From positions 105,338,001-105,402,000 of the forward strand of contig NC_043004.1 in the NCBI RefSeq assembly GCF_006345805.1: a DNA stretch of 64,000 bases, written 5' to 3'. Positions 63,845 to 64,000 of this stretch are shown one piece after another. The stretch is from Octopus sinensis (Eukaryota). Both the position numbers and the translations under genes were made by a program. The notes under the pieces were generated by a model, which worked only from the letters and a program-made list of their open reading frames with translations, searched no databases and had not been told where the DNA came from. Positions within the stretch are counted from its first letter, which is position 1, and every line of letters begins with the position of its first letter.

Positions 63845-64000
63845 ACAGGAACAACACAGCCAAAGATGACCATAATCTCAAACGAGATCATTCCTGTTGT
63901 GTCTCTCGCTACAAACAAATTAAACAATTTTTTTTATTTTTAATGATTTTACCCCTCATTATCCCTCATGTTTCCACTCAAATCGTTCCATATTTTTCTA

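Overview
AT-rich, intron- and repeat-dominated animal genomic DNA. The repeat landscape suggests an octopus or other coleoid cephalopod; this is inference, not a database match. Well supported: (1) the last four coding exons (ligand-binding domain) of an RAR-like NR1 nuclear receptor on + (1231-7780), with phase-consistent splice sites; (2) an intron-containing tRNA-Ile(TAT) on - (39483-39591); (3) a young, GC-rich, 5'-truncated RTE LINE with an open RT ORF and a 14-bp TSD (29958-31707); (4) many SINEs of several families, 3' fragments of an older RTE LINE, two mariner derivatives, a hAT remnant, TTAA MITEs, a non-autonomous Helitron and long microsatellites. Candidate novelties: a tRNA-headed SINE ending in a degenerate minimal hammerhead-ribozyme motif (32607-32880); a PARP/ART-like exon, with Lys at the catalytic Glu position, that is tandemly duplicated (43108-43239, 47321-47452); a triplicated 9-nt microexon-like unit (28522-28740); and head-to-tail SINE chains (13.2-19.9 kb). 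Gene models other than the receptor were assembled by eye and are low confidence. Repeat boundaries are approximate unless a TSD or TIR is cited. Most long ORFs in the track are microsatellite artefacts.
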